A stretch of DNA of 64,000 bases from Chrysomallon squamiferum. Lineage: Eukaryota; Animalia; Mollusca. The position numbers and the translations under genes are program-made. The notes below the pieces were generated by a model that had not been told where the DNA came from, searched no databases, and saw nothing but the letters and a program-made list of their open reading frames with translations. The DNA lies in assembly GCA_012295275.1 (NCBI GenBank), contig CM022666.1, positions 14,632,001-14,696,000 on the forward strand. The letters are read 5' to 3'. Within the stretch, counting starts at the first letter, position 1. Each line of letters opens with the position of its first letter. Shown piece by piece: positions 1-13,379 of this stretch.

Positions 1-1329
1 ACAGGAAACATATAATGCGTAAATCATATAAAAGGTCAATAGTTTGTATTACAAGATGCTGCATAGATAATTTATATCATGTAACAGTCAGTTTTAAAAT
101 GAATACTTCCTGTATTATGTTGTTGTCGTGTATTTAAAGATAAATGTATTGCATTTCGTATTCTCAACATATTAATTGATTCCGTGGAAATGTCAGTGTA
201 AAGACGAATTTATTAGATTTAGCACAGGATAAAAATAAAAATAAAATTAATAATAGACGGAAACTTTGGTTGTTTCTTGACTTAACTTGCATCAAGAAAA
301 ATATAATTCAGGGAAGAAAACTAAAAACTTCTTGCTCCTGATAACTGGATACAACTTTTGTCTATTTCTTTAACTAATTTCTCAAGACAATACTGACAAC
401 ACTATTCCGTGCATTTTGATTAAATCTAAATGTAGAAGATATTTTAATAAAAAATAGTAAAACTGTTTTCTAATTTAATTATAAAAGTGATTGTTTCTGA
501 GAAACGAATTTTGTTATAAAACGTGATAATTTACACAACTTTTACTGCTTTGTTGTTATTTTATTTGTTTTCTTTGTTTTTTTAAATTTTTTGTCATTCT
601 TATTTCTTCTTGATTACAGTAATAGTGTGCACAAATAAATCCAACGTTACACAAACTTCGAGATTGCCGCTTCTGTCTTACACACACAAACAAAATCTGT
701 TTCTTTGTTAATGCAAAGAAATAAAAATAACATTTCTGTTAGCTGTGGTTTACAATTTTTCTCTCTCTACATTTAAAACCAGATTTATCACAATGAATAT
801 TCTAATACAAGATTTCTATCACTTTATGACTTTTATAAAGCAGTTTAATTAATTTCATTTCTTTGTGTTTTTATTTAATTAATTAAAATGTTTTTGCATT
901 TCTTCTTATTATATGAGTATGTTAAATTTTTACTACATGGTGAAACAATGTGACAGACCCTGAAATTACATATATATCTTCATACAATTACTAAGCACAT
1001 TTGAAACAGATTATTCTTTCTCTACCTACGCGGCTGAGATTCTGATGAACAGATTAGATTCTGAAATTTTATACACCTTAGTTTCGTTAAGAATGTACAC
1101 ATCCTGATCATGTTACAAGTTTTGTTGTTACGACGATACAAATAACAGCTGCTTACAATGAATGACTTTGAACGTCCTACACCATGAAAGTCAGTTACAA
1201 GTGTTTCACCTCTATTCGTTTTTACATGGTGAAAATAGACAATAAATAAATAAATAAATACATAAATAAATAAATAAATATTTGAATGAAAGAGCACGTC
1301 GTCAGAATAAATTACTCGTTGAATCTCAT

Positions 1330-1353
1330 TATTATTATTGTTATTATTATTAT

Positions 1354-1423
<70 letters not shown>
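1330..1423. repeat. (TAT)n/(TAG)n microsatellite
   Basis: Direct reading; the mirror copy at about 42163-42218 keeps only the (AAT)n part. Confidence 0.95.
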
Positions 1424-1424
<1 letters not shown>

Positions 1425-3174
1425 CCGTCCTGTCTTAATTATTAACAAAGTATAGCAACTAGACAGTACATTTTTAAATATATCTACAGTAACTTACTGC
1501 GACATTGACAAAGATGTACAAATTTGTTCTACAGTTTCTTCTGTCGAGATCAAAATGATACGTCGTTCGGATAAAATGGAGACGTTCATTTATTTTGCTA
1601 CTGGATTATTAAATTATGAGGAATAAATGTGACAGGTCGCTCTAAACAATAATCAATTACCTTGGAAGTATATCTAACTTTGTTAGCTTATTTATTTATA
1701 CTGTTACACTTCAAACTGATATAATGTGGTACTCGGGTTACATGAAGTCGCAGGTCAATGGGTCGATTAGCTTGCATCGTCCAACTGACGATGTAAAGAT
1801 TACTTTTCCTACGATCTTTCTTCTTTATCCACAATACATTTTCCGTTCATGCATGGGAACCCAAATAAAGTAAATTTTGTTTCATATGCTAGATAATAAA
1901 TATCATGTTCGACGTCCCAAATCTCTTGATACGGATATTATTAACTACTGTGGTAATATTACTACATCTTTTGAACTTTTTAATTTTTTTAATTTTATAT
2001 TTATGGGTTTTTTTTTTTTTTTTTTTTTTTCATAAACGTGCAGGATGTAAGACACAACAGAATAAATCTTTATTATTTTTTGTTTGTTATTGTTTTATAT
2101 ATATATAAAGACGACAATTTTTATACGATTTTTAATGTTTTTCATTCTCTACCATCAACGACGTGCAGTTTTCTTCGTTTTTATTTTCTTCCAAAATTAC
2201 AAAGTTATTTTATCAATAGACGTGTCCTGATATAAAAATACGAGATTACCTGTGATTGTGTAAACCACATGACCGTTTTCCACATCACTGATTTAACTTG
2301 CTATGGGCGTCTGTAAACTTAAACTCCCTACCTGGACTGTGAAACTTGAGTGAGTCATCGCACACTGAAATTTGTTTCTTCTAAACATGGCCGCATCAAG
2401 TGGGGTATATTGGTGTTGATGTTGCTGGGGGTGTTGCTTTATTTATTATTCGTTTTATTTACATTGTCTTCTTTCACTGTTATATTATTTTGTTTTTCTT
2501 GTTGTTTCTCGGTCAGTGACATTTTGAAATTTTTAAAAAGAAAATACTTTAAATTTCTATCTAGCTACTAAAACCATTTTCCGAAATTAAATGAAAATAA
2601 ATAAATAAATAAATAAAAATTATAATGAAAATAAAATAAATAAATAAATGATAATATTAATAAAAAAAAAAGAAAATTAAAATACACAATTATATATGTT
2701 CATTCTCCTATTTTTCTGATGATCAAGCAGACCCTGGAATCTTCACTGTTTGGTTCACTAGTTTAATCCACGTGAGACATCATGTACAGTTTATTTAAAC
2801 ATTCAAAGACACCTCAAATGAGTAATTTATACGAATATGATGTAACCACAGTGATGTTCATACACAGGTTAAACATACACAAACACAGTCGAGAAGTTAT
2901 ATGTTTTCTTGCGATGACACTATTTAAAAACAAAACAAAAAAAGTTAAACTATTCGAGTTTGGATGAGCATTTTCTTGTCGTCATTATTTCAAGATCAAT
3001 GTTTGAAACTCTCTCTCCCTATCAGTTTATTTTCTGGGTTTTTTTTTTTTTTTTGAAATTTTTTGTTTATAAATTCAGCTTTTGTTTAAACTCTTTAAAT
3101 TATATTTCTTGATTTCTTTACCTGAATTTTAGTTTTTCAATTCGTTCGTTCATTTTTCTGATTGTTTTAAAACC

Positions 3175-3339
<165 letters not shown>

Positions 3340-6300
3340 GTGTATTTGTCCCTTTTTGTTGATTCAATCCTCGGTCACCTCTCTATGGATCTATCCTTCT
3401 CTGGTTTCTCTTTCTCTAATTCGTTCTTTCTGTCGCTCTAGAAAAGACAGAGTGACAGAAAAACAGATATAATGAAGCTTAGACAGAAAGACAGTTTTGT
3501 AGAATCATTTACAGACAAACAGACAGAAAGGTAGATCTATATGTACCCACACCAACATTGTCCATGTTTGTGGTGAATTTGATGAATTTGGCTTTACAAT
3601 ATAAACTTATCGGTTTTTGGTTGTTTTGTTCGTTTTCTTCTCTTTTGTTTTGCTTTGTTTTGTTTAGTTGTTGTTGTTGTTGTTTGTTTATATATATATA
3701 TATATATATTAATGATTCGGTAAAGTGTTGTTTAACTGTGTTTACAAATAAATAAATACTTTCTATTAAGAATGTAAATATCTCTTCAATTATATTTTTC
3801 TTGCATATATTTTTAATCTGTTACAGAAAAAAATAAAACTATAAATGAACTAAAGTACAGGAGACTCGGATGAGACGTGATTTTTTTGTTGTTGTTTTAT
3901 TTTTATTTTTTTATTTTTATTTTTATTTTTATAACAACCTTTTATTCAAACTACATATATTGTTCAAAGTTTCGAATATTCGATTCCATTCGAAATTGTC
4001 GCGAAAGCTCTCATGCAATTTAATTCAGTTTGATTTTAATTGTTGCGAATATTGCTGTGTAAGATCAACTGTCGAATGAGAGAAAAACTATAACGCAAGT
4101 TTTATTAATGAGAAATAAATAAAATTGGGTTACACGGTATTTACAAAGAAAAATGTATTTGTGATTGTGCAAGTAACGAATCGAGTTTCTGCGGATAGGT
4201 CTGTAGCAATCAGGCGAACTGGAGTGACCTCCAACCTCTCTGAACGTAACGCCAGTCACCGTCGTATTGCCTATGTACGTGTGTGAAGGGATGTAAGTGT
4301 ATATATATATGTATTTATGTTTGAGTATGTACCTTTTACATATACTTCTCCTGGTTTAAAAGAATACATAATTAACTGATTTTGTATATAACCAATGACC
4401 ACTTTTCACATCACTGATTTAACTTGTTGCTATTGTCACATATGAATGAATCACTGTACTTGGGCAGCTGAATTTTTCTTCTGAGTAGCACGGAATCTGA
4501 AACAGTGAGTGACGGGGTGAGTGAGTAAAAAAATGAACGAGCTATTCAGAACAAGCCGCTGTGAAGCACGCCTGTGACAGTCGCGATCTCTGACGAAGCA
4601 TGGGAACTGAAATAGTAAAGAGTGCGACTTTTTACAACACAATTTTCTTCAGTGTTCACTCGTTCCGTATTGAAAAATCTAAAATAGTTTTATTTCAAAT
4701 ACTTATTTTTAAAACCAGAATACAAGATTTCTATTACTTTATTACTTTTATTTAGTCATTTAATTATTAATTTCATCTGTCTCTCTGTTTAATTGTAATA
4801 CTTCTTACTGTATAAGCATGCTAAGTTGTTTTTTCATGGTGAAGTAATTTGAGAGACACTGAAGCTATGTGTATATCAACATACAATTACTAAGCACATT
4901 TTAAACAGTTTATTCGATTCTTTGTCCATCTGTGCGGCTCAGATTACGATGAACAGATTAGATTCTGACATTTTATATGACTCAGTCTCGCTAAGAATTT
5001 ATGCATCCTGATCAAGTTACACGTGTTTTTTGCATGTCTCTGTGTATACATTTCTTCTTTCTTTCCCATAAATAATGTATAGTTTTCTTGGTTATATTTT
5101 AATAGAAAATTGGAAAGCTACTTTTATCGTTTACTTCATCTGTTCTTTTATTTATTTATTTTTTTCATTATTTATTTATTTGTATATTTGTTTGTTTGTT
5201 TCATTTTTTTCATTTATTTATTCTGTACTTCATATAAAATTTCTATGGATAAATATTAATATTAAAACTCATTTCTTATCAATATTTGGGTGCTTCAGTT
5301 CCAAAATTTAATTAAATAAAAAAGTACAATAAAAATAAATTAATAATGGAAATAAAATTAAATAAGTAAGTCAGTAATTAAGTAAATAAGATAGTAAGTA
5401 AGTAAAAATAACAACATAAAAAAAACATAAAAGAAAAACAGCAGATGTACACAGCTAAAATCAACGTATTATCAGACTGGCTATACATAGTGTATGATTC
5501 TGTGTATGTGTGAGTGTGTGTGTGGGGGGGCTGCCTCTGTGTGTGTGTGTGGCGGGTACCTCTGTGTGTGTGTCTGTGTGCATCTGTATTGTTTATTTCG
5601 TTCTCATATTTCTCTAACCTTTCGTTACATTAACTGTTTCACATGTGACAAATCACTGACTTATAAATTATCTACAACGAGCGTGAGAGATGCACTCTAT
5701 GGCAAAACCTGAAACGTTCATATTTTTAATTTTCTTCCAATGGTTCTTTATGTATGTATGTATGTATGTATGTATGTATATATGTGTGTATGTAAAAAAG
5801 TATGCTGGATAATAACAGGAAAAAGAGGTAATAAATAAAGAAAGAAAATATAAATAAATAAATAAAATAAAATAAAATAAAATATAAGTATAAATAATAA
5901 GAAAACATGAAAGAAATAAACTAAATAAATTAATAAATAAATAAATTAAAAACAAATGATTTTAAAAAGATAATTAAATAGTATATTTATTGTGTGGTCA
6001 CGCAGATCACTACTGGAGTTATTTCCCTTATACGACATTCAGAAAACTGTAGAAGACAGCTGCTTGCAGAAAGAGTAATAATAAATAAATAAATAAATAA
6101 ATAAATATAAAAAGTGATGAAAATAAAAGCAAATGTTCATTCCCCTACTTTTCTGAGTACTAAACAGACCCTGAAGTCTTCATTGTGTAGTTTTCTAGTT
6201 CAACACGCGTGTGACGTCAGGTACAGTTTATTTAGAAATTCAAAGACTTAGCAATTCGTGCAAATATTTGTTTATGATGTAACCGTATTGACGTTTTCTC

Positions 6301-7021
6301 CTCGACAGTAGAGTATTTTTCATGAAAGTATAATCATATGTATGTTAAACATACAGAAATACAAGAAAGAGAAATTATATATTTTTTTCTGCCTATGAAA
6401 CTACTTTTAAAACAAGAAATAAAATATTCAAATTTGGATGAGGATTTAGTTGTCATTATTATTTCAATAATGTTTTAATAATTTCCCTTTCTTTACTTTC
6501 ATTTTTTTTTATTTACTCATTATGCGTTTGATTCAAGTCTTTAAATTTTATTTATTTATTTATGAACTTTTTATTTATTTCCTTTATCCTGCTAAACAAG
6601 GATTCCAGAATACAAGAGAAGTAACCTGCCTTTTTATCCAATGTTATTAATTTGATTACATCATTATATCGAAAAATTGGCATACTTTAATGTCTGGATT
6701 TATAGTATAATCCATATTATAGAATAATGTAGAGTATATAGGTTGTGTAATGTATCACTAGTAGTAGTAGTAGTAGCAGCAGGGTATTAGTTATAACAGT
6801 AGTGAGTATAAACGATTTGAACAATAAAATTAAAATGCAAAAGAAGCCTTTAAAACGAAACAATCAGCTGTTCAGGCCACGATTCACTGGTTCTCATGTG
6901 GTTTGTCGAAAATAGTTTCTACTTTTGTTGGAAACAAGACTTAATCACCAGTTTTCAACAAGTGTCTTTGACCCTGCATAAAACGGCAAAACTGTTTTCT
7001 GTACTGTACTTTTTAGAAGTA

Positions 7022-7566
7022 CAGTGGTACCTTCACTTACGAGTGCCCCAACTTATGAGTTTTCCGACTTACGAGCAGTCCCTTGGTTGACTATGTGCTC
7101 TGAATTGCGAGCCAAAATCCTAGTTACGAGCGAACTTCAAATACGCCGCCGCTAGTTGGCGCAACGAACAACACAGCATACGGCCAGCATTCCGCGTCTA
7201 TCTCCTTTACTTCATGTGGTTACTTCGCCGTGGAAGTATCTCTGTTGTGTTGTTTTCTGCAGTATTTTGACAAATTTGTTTCTTCTGACCATGGATCGTA
7301 AGAAAGTGAGTGCAAACGACAGTGCTGAGAAGAAGAAGCGGATGATGTCCACTGAATTAAAGCATCAAATCATATGTTTGTAGTCGACTTGGCTAGGCGG
7401 TACGAGCGTAGTACTTCTAAGATATGTATCATACTGAAGCAGGATGAGTCTATAAAGGCTGTAACTCCAGCCAAAGGCGTTAAAATATTTTGTTTGATTT
7501 CCAAGATAAATACACTTTACAAAACCAATGTATTTCTTTACATTCTCTTTTATTATTTTATTATTT
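7022..7566 (+). mobile_element. Tigger/pogo (Tc1-mariner) DNA transposon, 5' fragment with disrupted transposase N-terminus
   Basis: TA then CAGTGGTACCTTCACTTACGAG terminus with repeated TTACGAG motifs; peptides MDRKKVSANDSAEKKKRMMSTELKHQII and VVDLARRYERSTSKICIILKQDESIKAVTPAKGVKI resemble the CENP-B-type N-terminal HTH of Tigger transposases; no DDE domain, no right TIR. Confidence 0.85.
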
Positions 7567-8010
7567 TATTAAATAAAACAAAATACAGACTAACCTTTCA
7601 GATAATATCCACTTTCAAATAATAAATTCAGTTCCACCTTTAAAAATGAAATCTGGCCTGACAGTATAATCTTAGCAGGAGAAATAAACCTGAACACTTG
7701 AGCCAAGTTGTTTATTCCCTGATGGGCTTGGGAGAGGAGTTTGGGAACAATAGTTAACACGCAAGGCAAGCAACGTGTGTTAGTACAGTGTAAGCTGAAT
7801 GAAACAATCACCACAATGACAAGTTACCAGCCTATTGTTTGGCATAACCTGGCTAGGGATAAAATAAAACTTTAGTTACACAATAAGCTGACAGGAGGCA
7901 AGCTGTAAATAAAACCTTACATTAATGACCAAGCCTGCTAAAAAGCAAATATCTGCAAATAAAACATTAAATACAAATCCTAACTAAAACAAATACCACA
8001 TACTTCCACA
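7567..8010 (-). repeat. 3' LTR (444 bp retained; distal end apparently deleted)
   Basis: Matches 14213-14656 with one visible mismatch (C7771 vs T14417); starts TGTGGAAG on the minus strand right after the PPT; lacks a terminal CA. Confidence 0.93.
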
Positions 8011-8024
8011 TACTTCCCCATCTT
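8011..8024 (-). other. Polypurine tract
   Basis: AAGATGGGGAAGTA on the minus strand immediately before the 3' LTR TG. Confidence 0.85.
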
Positions 8025-8041
8025 AAGAAATGGCGTCCTCG

Positions 8042-10168
8042 TCATTCAGCTGTTTCGTGAATTATAGAAATTATCGCACTCGCAACACTATCACTGATAT
8101 GATGAAATACACCACTGTTAGCTAATTGCCGAATTAAATCTGATTTTTGTTGCGAAGTGGGACAAATATTCTGAGACATAATATAATTACCCGATTCCAT
8201 CCACTGTGGCTTCTTTCCCCGTCTCGTTGAACGACGTGGTAGAGGCTGTGGTGGAGGTTGTGGCGAAGGTCGAGGCCGAGGTGGAGATATTGGTAAATGA
8301 GGTGAAGAAGATGAAACCGGAGAAGATGAAGGCAAATCTCCTTCATCCAGAGATAACATGTCTTGATTCTCACTAGAATCAGTTTCTGTGCTTTCAGCCT
8401 CTGGGGCATTAAGCATGTGTTCGTCAACACCAGAACCTTCACCCTCTGTCTCAACAAGATGCTGATCGTCATTAGCAACCTGCGAGGCAGACGTAATCTC
8501 TCCAACAGTAACTTCAGGGATGGATATAAGACCATCATCTGCTGTGGAAAATATCATATCAAGATCCTCTATCTCAGACTGTGTTTCCTCCAAATCTTGT
8601 TTCTCTGGTGTAGGATTTGAATGAAGCAGTTTCCTCCTGGGTTTCGGCTTAGGCTTTTCTTCCTTATCAGGAAGAAGGGACCCTATTGGAAGAAGATGCT
8701 TTCGATGTAAGGTCCTTGTCCTTCCCTCACCATCTTCCCTCTGTACAACGAACACCGGGATATCCTTGTTCGGCTGTGAAAGGATGAGGTATGGAAATTC
8801 TTCCCATCGATCTGCAAGTTTATGCTTACCCTCGAAAGCCAATGTGTTGACTAAGACACGATCACCTTCCTCTAAGGTTGCGCCCCTAACATTCAGGTCA
8901 TAGCCAGTCGTTTGTCGCTGTTGAGCTAACTTTATTGCTTTTGATGCCAATTCACAGGAATGTTTAATTTTTTCCTTTAAAGATTTGACATATGTCAGCA
9001 GTGAGTCATTACCCCTGTTCAAATCAATTCCAAAGGCAAGATCAATGGGCAATCGGGACTCTCGTCCGAACATTAAGAAGAACGGTGAATATCCAGTCGA
9101 ATCATGCCTGATGCAGTTATAGGCATGAACTAGAGGTCCAACATATGTTTTCCAGTCCTTCTTTTGATCAGGATTAAGAGTCCCAGGCATATCAAGTAAT
9201 GTACGATTAAATCTCTCGCACATGCCATTACCCATTGGATGGTATGGGGTAGTTCTTGATTTGTCCATTCCCAAAATTATGCAAAGTTCTTTCATCAAAC
9301 GACTTTCAAAGTTCGCCCCCTGATCACTATGTATTCGTAGTGGAATACCATAGTGTATCACAAAGTTGTTGTAGAAGGCCTCTGCTGTAGTCTTTGCTGT
9401 CATATTTCTAGTAGGTATAGCTTGCGCGTACCTGGTGAAATGATCAGTGATTATTAAAATATGTTGATAACCTCCCTTTGAGGTTTCCAAAGTAAGAAAG
9501 TCCATACAAATTAACTCCAGGGGTTGAGTGGTGGTGATATTAATAAGCGGAGCACGAGCATTAGCTAATGGTTTCCGCCGTACACACCGGTTACAGTTTT
9601 TAATCCATTCCTCAACATCAGCTGCCATGCCTGGCCAATAAAATCTGTCACGAAGAAGTGATAAAGTCCTGTCACGACCAGGATGCCCAACATCATTGTG
9701 TAAACCATGGAGAACATCATGAACATATTTAGATGGTAAAACAAGTTGATATCGAATCTGACCATCGATCTTCACCTGGCGATGCAAAATACCTCTCACT
9801 AAAACAAAACTATCAAAAGCTCTGAAATAGGCATTATTCACTGGGGTAGAAGGAAAATCTTGTCGACGAGGTTTCTTCTTCCTTCGTACAAGCTCCATCC
9901 ATGGATACAAGATTGTATCAGCAGCTTGGGCTTTCCTCCAGTCTCTGCCAGACATTTCACTGATGTTCTGTCCATCATCCAGAACAGAATCGACCACTTC
10001 TGCAGAAGTGCTTAATGCTTCTACAAACGGTTGAGCATTCAAAACACCACACACAGCTCTAACTGTGTCTGCCGATATTTCGGTATGTTCTGATGAACCA
10101 GGTAGTCTGGATAAAGAATCAGCATCAGCGTTGTTTAACCCAGATCGGTAAAAGATGTTAAAATCGTA
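8042..10168 (-). pseudogene. pol: Gypsy pol, C-terminal part: end of RNase H plus integrase (HHCC, DDE, GPY/F-like region, acidic/Pro-rich tail)
   Basis: YDFNIFYRSGLNNADADSLSR; LHNDVGHPG...CNRC; ICMDF, IHSDQGANFES, GNGMCERFNRTLL; separated from upstream pol by a frameshifting deletion at about 10169. Confidence 0.93.
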
Positions 10169-12402
10169 TGACCCGTGGCATCCAACTTTGCCGATGTGAG
10201 TACATATGTTAGCGGGTTGTTATCGGTCAGCACCGTAAACTTGTTTCCATACAGATATTCATGATATTTCTCACTTATAGCCCATTTTAAAGCAAGAAAT
10301 TCTAACCGATGAGCTGAATAATTGGCTTCAGACTTACTGAGACTTCTACTGGCATAGCTAATGACATGCTTCATCCCGTCATTTTCTTGATAAAGCACAG
10401 CACCAAGACCATGTGAACTTGCATCAATGTGCAATTCAAACGATTTACTGTAATCAGGATACCCAAGAATGGGAGGCGAAGATAAGATTTCTTTCAGTTG
10501 CTGAAAAGCTACCTCTTGACTGGGCCCCCATGTCCAAGGTTTGCGGAGTTCGTTCTTCTTGGATTGTGGCCTGGTGTGAGGCATTAAGGATGTCAAAGGT
10601 CTAGCTACCTTTGCAAAATCCTTAACAAATTTTCTATAATAGCCAGCGAACCCCAAAAATTGCCTAACCTCATTAGGGTTAGTTGGCTTTGGCCAATTGA
10701 TAATCTTCTCAACTTTATCAGGATCGGCTTCTATCCCAGCCTTAGAAATTACATGTCCAAGAACATTTATTTTGTTTTTGAAAAAGGAACACTTCTCTGC
10801 TGTTAACTTCAAACCTGATTCTCGAACTCGCTGAAATACTTGGGACAAGCGATCAAGATGTTCATCATACGTTTTGGAAAATATTAAAATATCATTCAAA
10901 TAAATCAAACATGACTTGAGATGAAGTCCCTCAAAGGTATCATTCATCAACCGTTGATATGTTGCTGGACTGTTGCATAACCCAAAGGGCATACGATTGT
11001 ATTCGTAAAATCCTAAGGGTCCAACAGTAAATGCAGTTCTTTCCTTGTGGGTTTCTTCAATTTCAACCTGGTGGTATCCACTCTTCATGTCTAAAGTTGA
11101 AAAATATTTTGCACCCGTCAAAGCATCAAACATCTCCTCAATTCTTGGAAGAGAGTAAGAATCTTTAACGGTTTTCGAATTCAGCTGTCTATAATCTACA
11201 CACATCCTGAGTTTACCATTTTTCTTGCGAGCTAATACCACGTTTGAAGACCAAGGAGAATGAGAATGTCTAATGATGCCACCGGCCAAAAACTGTTGTA
11301 AATGATCCTTGACCTCCTGGTACATTGCGGGTGGTATACGTCTATGTCGCTGCTTAAAGGGCGTTTCATCGTCTAACTCAATTCGATGGTGTACCGCTGT
11401 GGTATGACCTACATCTAGATCACCTGTTGAGAAAATATCTGAAAAAGAAGAAATGACCTGTTTTCCCTGTTCTAATTCTTCAGGTACTAAACAACAATCT
11501 CCAAAATTCAACATATCTAAAACAGAAAAATCTTTTGAAGTTGTTGTCTCTTTCATCTCAGGAATATCTTCAATTTCAACAGCTTGTATTTCACAAATAA
11601 TGGCACGTGAGGGAACGGATATTGCACGAGTTGTCACATTGGAAATGTGAATGTCTAACTCAAACAATTTCTTTTTATTGTCATACATGTAGCTGAATAA
11701 ACTTGGAGCGATGTCATCCGGAATAACGGAACCCTTGGTTGGTGCAGTCATAGCCCAAGTACATCTATAGGGAAGAGGTTTATCAACAACACCACGCAGC
11801 GTGATTTCACTGTTGGCAGGAATCACCACTCTTTTGCATTCTGCACTCTTCACCTTACCAAGAATAAAATGGTTTCTCTCCAATTCTTTTTGCTGTAATG
11901 TTAAACATCTAAAAGACAGATACCAAGGGGTATGAAGATTAGCTTTTTGTAGAAATCTGTTACCATATGTTTTCTTGCACTGATTCATAAAATGAGAGAG
12001 AACGTTAGTACCAAGAAGTAATGGGACAGAAGAATTGTACTTACTATTTGGTACAACTAACAAAATGCTAAGCAAAGGAGAGGAAATACTGCCTGTCTCT
12101 TGCAGTTCAACTTCAATATACCCATGATACGGTAAAAGCTTACCATCGGCACATTCAACGTTTAAAATAGTATCAAGAGATTTGAGAGGTGTATCAGAAA
12201 AATGCTTGTTATAAAAACCTTCAGAAATTGTTGAAACTGTAGAACCAGTATCTAACAGAGCTTTAGTAGAAATACCATTGACAAGTATAGAACTTTCATT
12301 TGGATCACCAACCATTTCTGTTATTTGCTGGTTTTGAAAAATGGGCTTGACTCCATGTGTACCTATGGGTTGCCCTTCGCCATAGGCGGTCTCCAGTTTA
12401 AA
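10135..12402 (-). pseudogene. pol: Gypsy pol, N-terminal part: aspartic protease, reverse transcriptase, RNase H
   Basis: ALLDTGS protease; RMCVDYRQLN, LDMKSGYHQ, RMPFGLCNSPATYQR; catalytic motif reads YLND instead of YLDD; RNase H IDASSHGLGAVLYQ...LEFLALKWA...TDNNPL. Frame is open back to the slippery site at 12402. Confidence 0.95.
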
Positions 12403-13205
12403 GGTTTACCTGTCTGGTGGGGTAATTTAACCCTACATCCCTTCTTTATGTGCCCTGGCTGACCACAACGATCAATTCTTTTCTTTCTCTGTTGCAATTC
12501 TTCTTCTACTTGTCTTATAACTTTAATAAAATCTTCAAAAGTGTCATCCTTTTCAAACTTGTGTCCTGATAAATCTTTTAGTTCAGGTCGAAGCCCTGTC
12601 CAAAACATATTACGTAACATTGCTTCAGTTTCATATTGATTCACTTTCCCTGCAGCAACAGTCTTGCACAAAATATCTTCAAGCCGGCATGCCCAGTCAG
12701 ATACACTTTCATCGTCACTTTGTTTAGCTGTGTAAAAGGTAGCCATAATAGCATGACCCACTTTTACTTCTCCAAAAACACTATCAAGTTTCTCTATTAG
12801 TCTTTCAATAGGCGCATCTTTATCTATATGCATTGCAACGCGAGCAGCTTTACCGCGAAGCGAACGCCTAATAGCTTCAGACAGGACAGATGTACCATGG
12901 GTATTAGTCAAACATTCCAATTCATGTTTCCATTGATCAAAATCAACATCACCTTTCCCGTCACCTGAGAAGAAAGGAAGCCGAGGTTGCTGTGTTAAAG
13001 TCAGTGACGAAGGCAGAGTAGGCTGTAAAGGTGAATATTTGGCAGCTCCTTCATCTTCCTTTTTGACAGCTCCTTTAGTAAACTGAGTCATCCAGCTAAC
13101 CAAATCTTCTGGAGTATCAGCCTTAGGTTGGACATGTAACTGTCTAAATGACGAAATTAACTGCACCTCTTCTGCACTTAATTCCGCTATTTCAGGATCA
13201 GACAT
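12363..13205 (-). CDS. gag: Gypsy Gag, PNMA-type capsid, 280 aa, zinc knuckle partly deleted
   Basis: LPFFSG...FDQW, IRRSLRGKA, IEKLDSVFG, FYTAKQSDDESVSDWACRLE, MLRNMFWTGL; knuckle RCGQPGHIKKGC lacks the first Cys of CX2CX4HX4C. Confidence 0.9.
   Translation of the reverse strand: MSDPEIAELSAEEVQLISSFRQLHVQPKADTPEDLVSWMTQFTKGAVKKEDEGAAKYSPLQPTLPSSLTLTQQPRLPFFSGDGKGDVDFDQWKHELECLTNTHGTSVLSEAIRRSLRGKAARVAMHIDKDAPIERLIEKLDSVFGEVKVGHAIMATFYTAKQSDDESVSDWACRLEDILCKTVAAGKVNQYETEAMLRNMFWTGLRPELKDLSGHKFEKDDTFEDFIKVIRQVEEELQQRKKRIDRCGQPGHIKKGCRVKLPHQTGKPLNWRPPMAKGNP
12396..12402 (-). promoter_or_regulatory. Putative -1 ribosomal frameshift heptamer T TTA AAC
   Basis: Read as TTA AAC (L-N) in gag frame; the pol frame is exactly -1 and open from here to the protease. 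Confidence 0.8.
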
Positions 13206-13287
13206 GGTTGAAGGTAAGTATATACTGTAATACTATCTGTCTTGTGTATTTCATTGATGTTCAGGAATATTGCAGAAATAAGTCACA

Positions 13288-13379
13288 AATCCATTCCTCA
13301 ACATCAGCTGCCATGCCTGGCCAATAAAATCTGTCACGAAGAAGTGATAAAGTCCTGTCACGACCAGGATGCCCAACAT
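13288..13379. repeat. 92-bp exact direct copy of integrase sequence 9602-9693 inside the gag leader
   Basis: AATCCATTCCTCAACATCAGC...CCAGGATGCCCAACAT identical at both positions. Confidence 0.95.

Noticed and set aside
6015-6030. GGAGTTATTTCCCTT as an NF-kB site cluster (also 33261, 38045, 54342, 57090)
   Set aside because: Recurrence is explained by the duplications, and the match to the Rel consensus is imperfect.
7590-7814. 74-aa ORF duplicated at 14236-14460
   Set aside because: Lies inside the LTRs, non-ATG start, no recognisable domain; duplication is explained by LTR identity.
8042-8700. env-like or chromodomain addition after integrase
   Set aside because: Tail is acidic and Pro/Ser-rich with a PRRSTR motif typical of Gypsy integrase ends; no signal peptide, TM helix or chromodomain pattern, and no room for a third ORF before the PPT.
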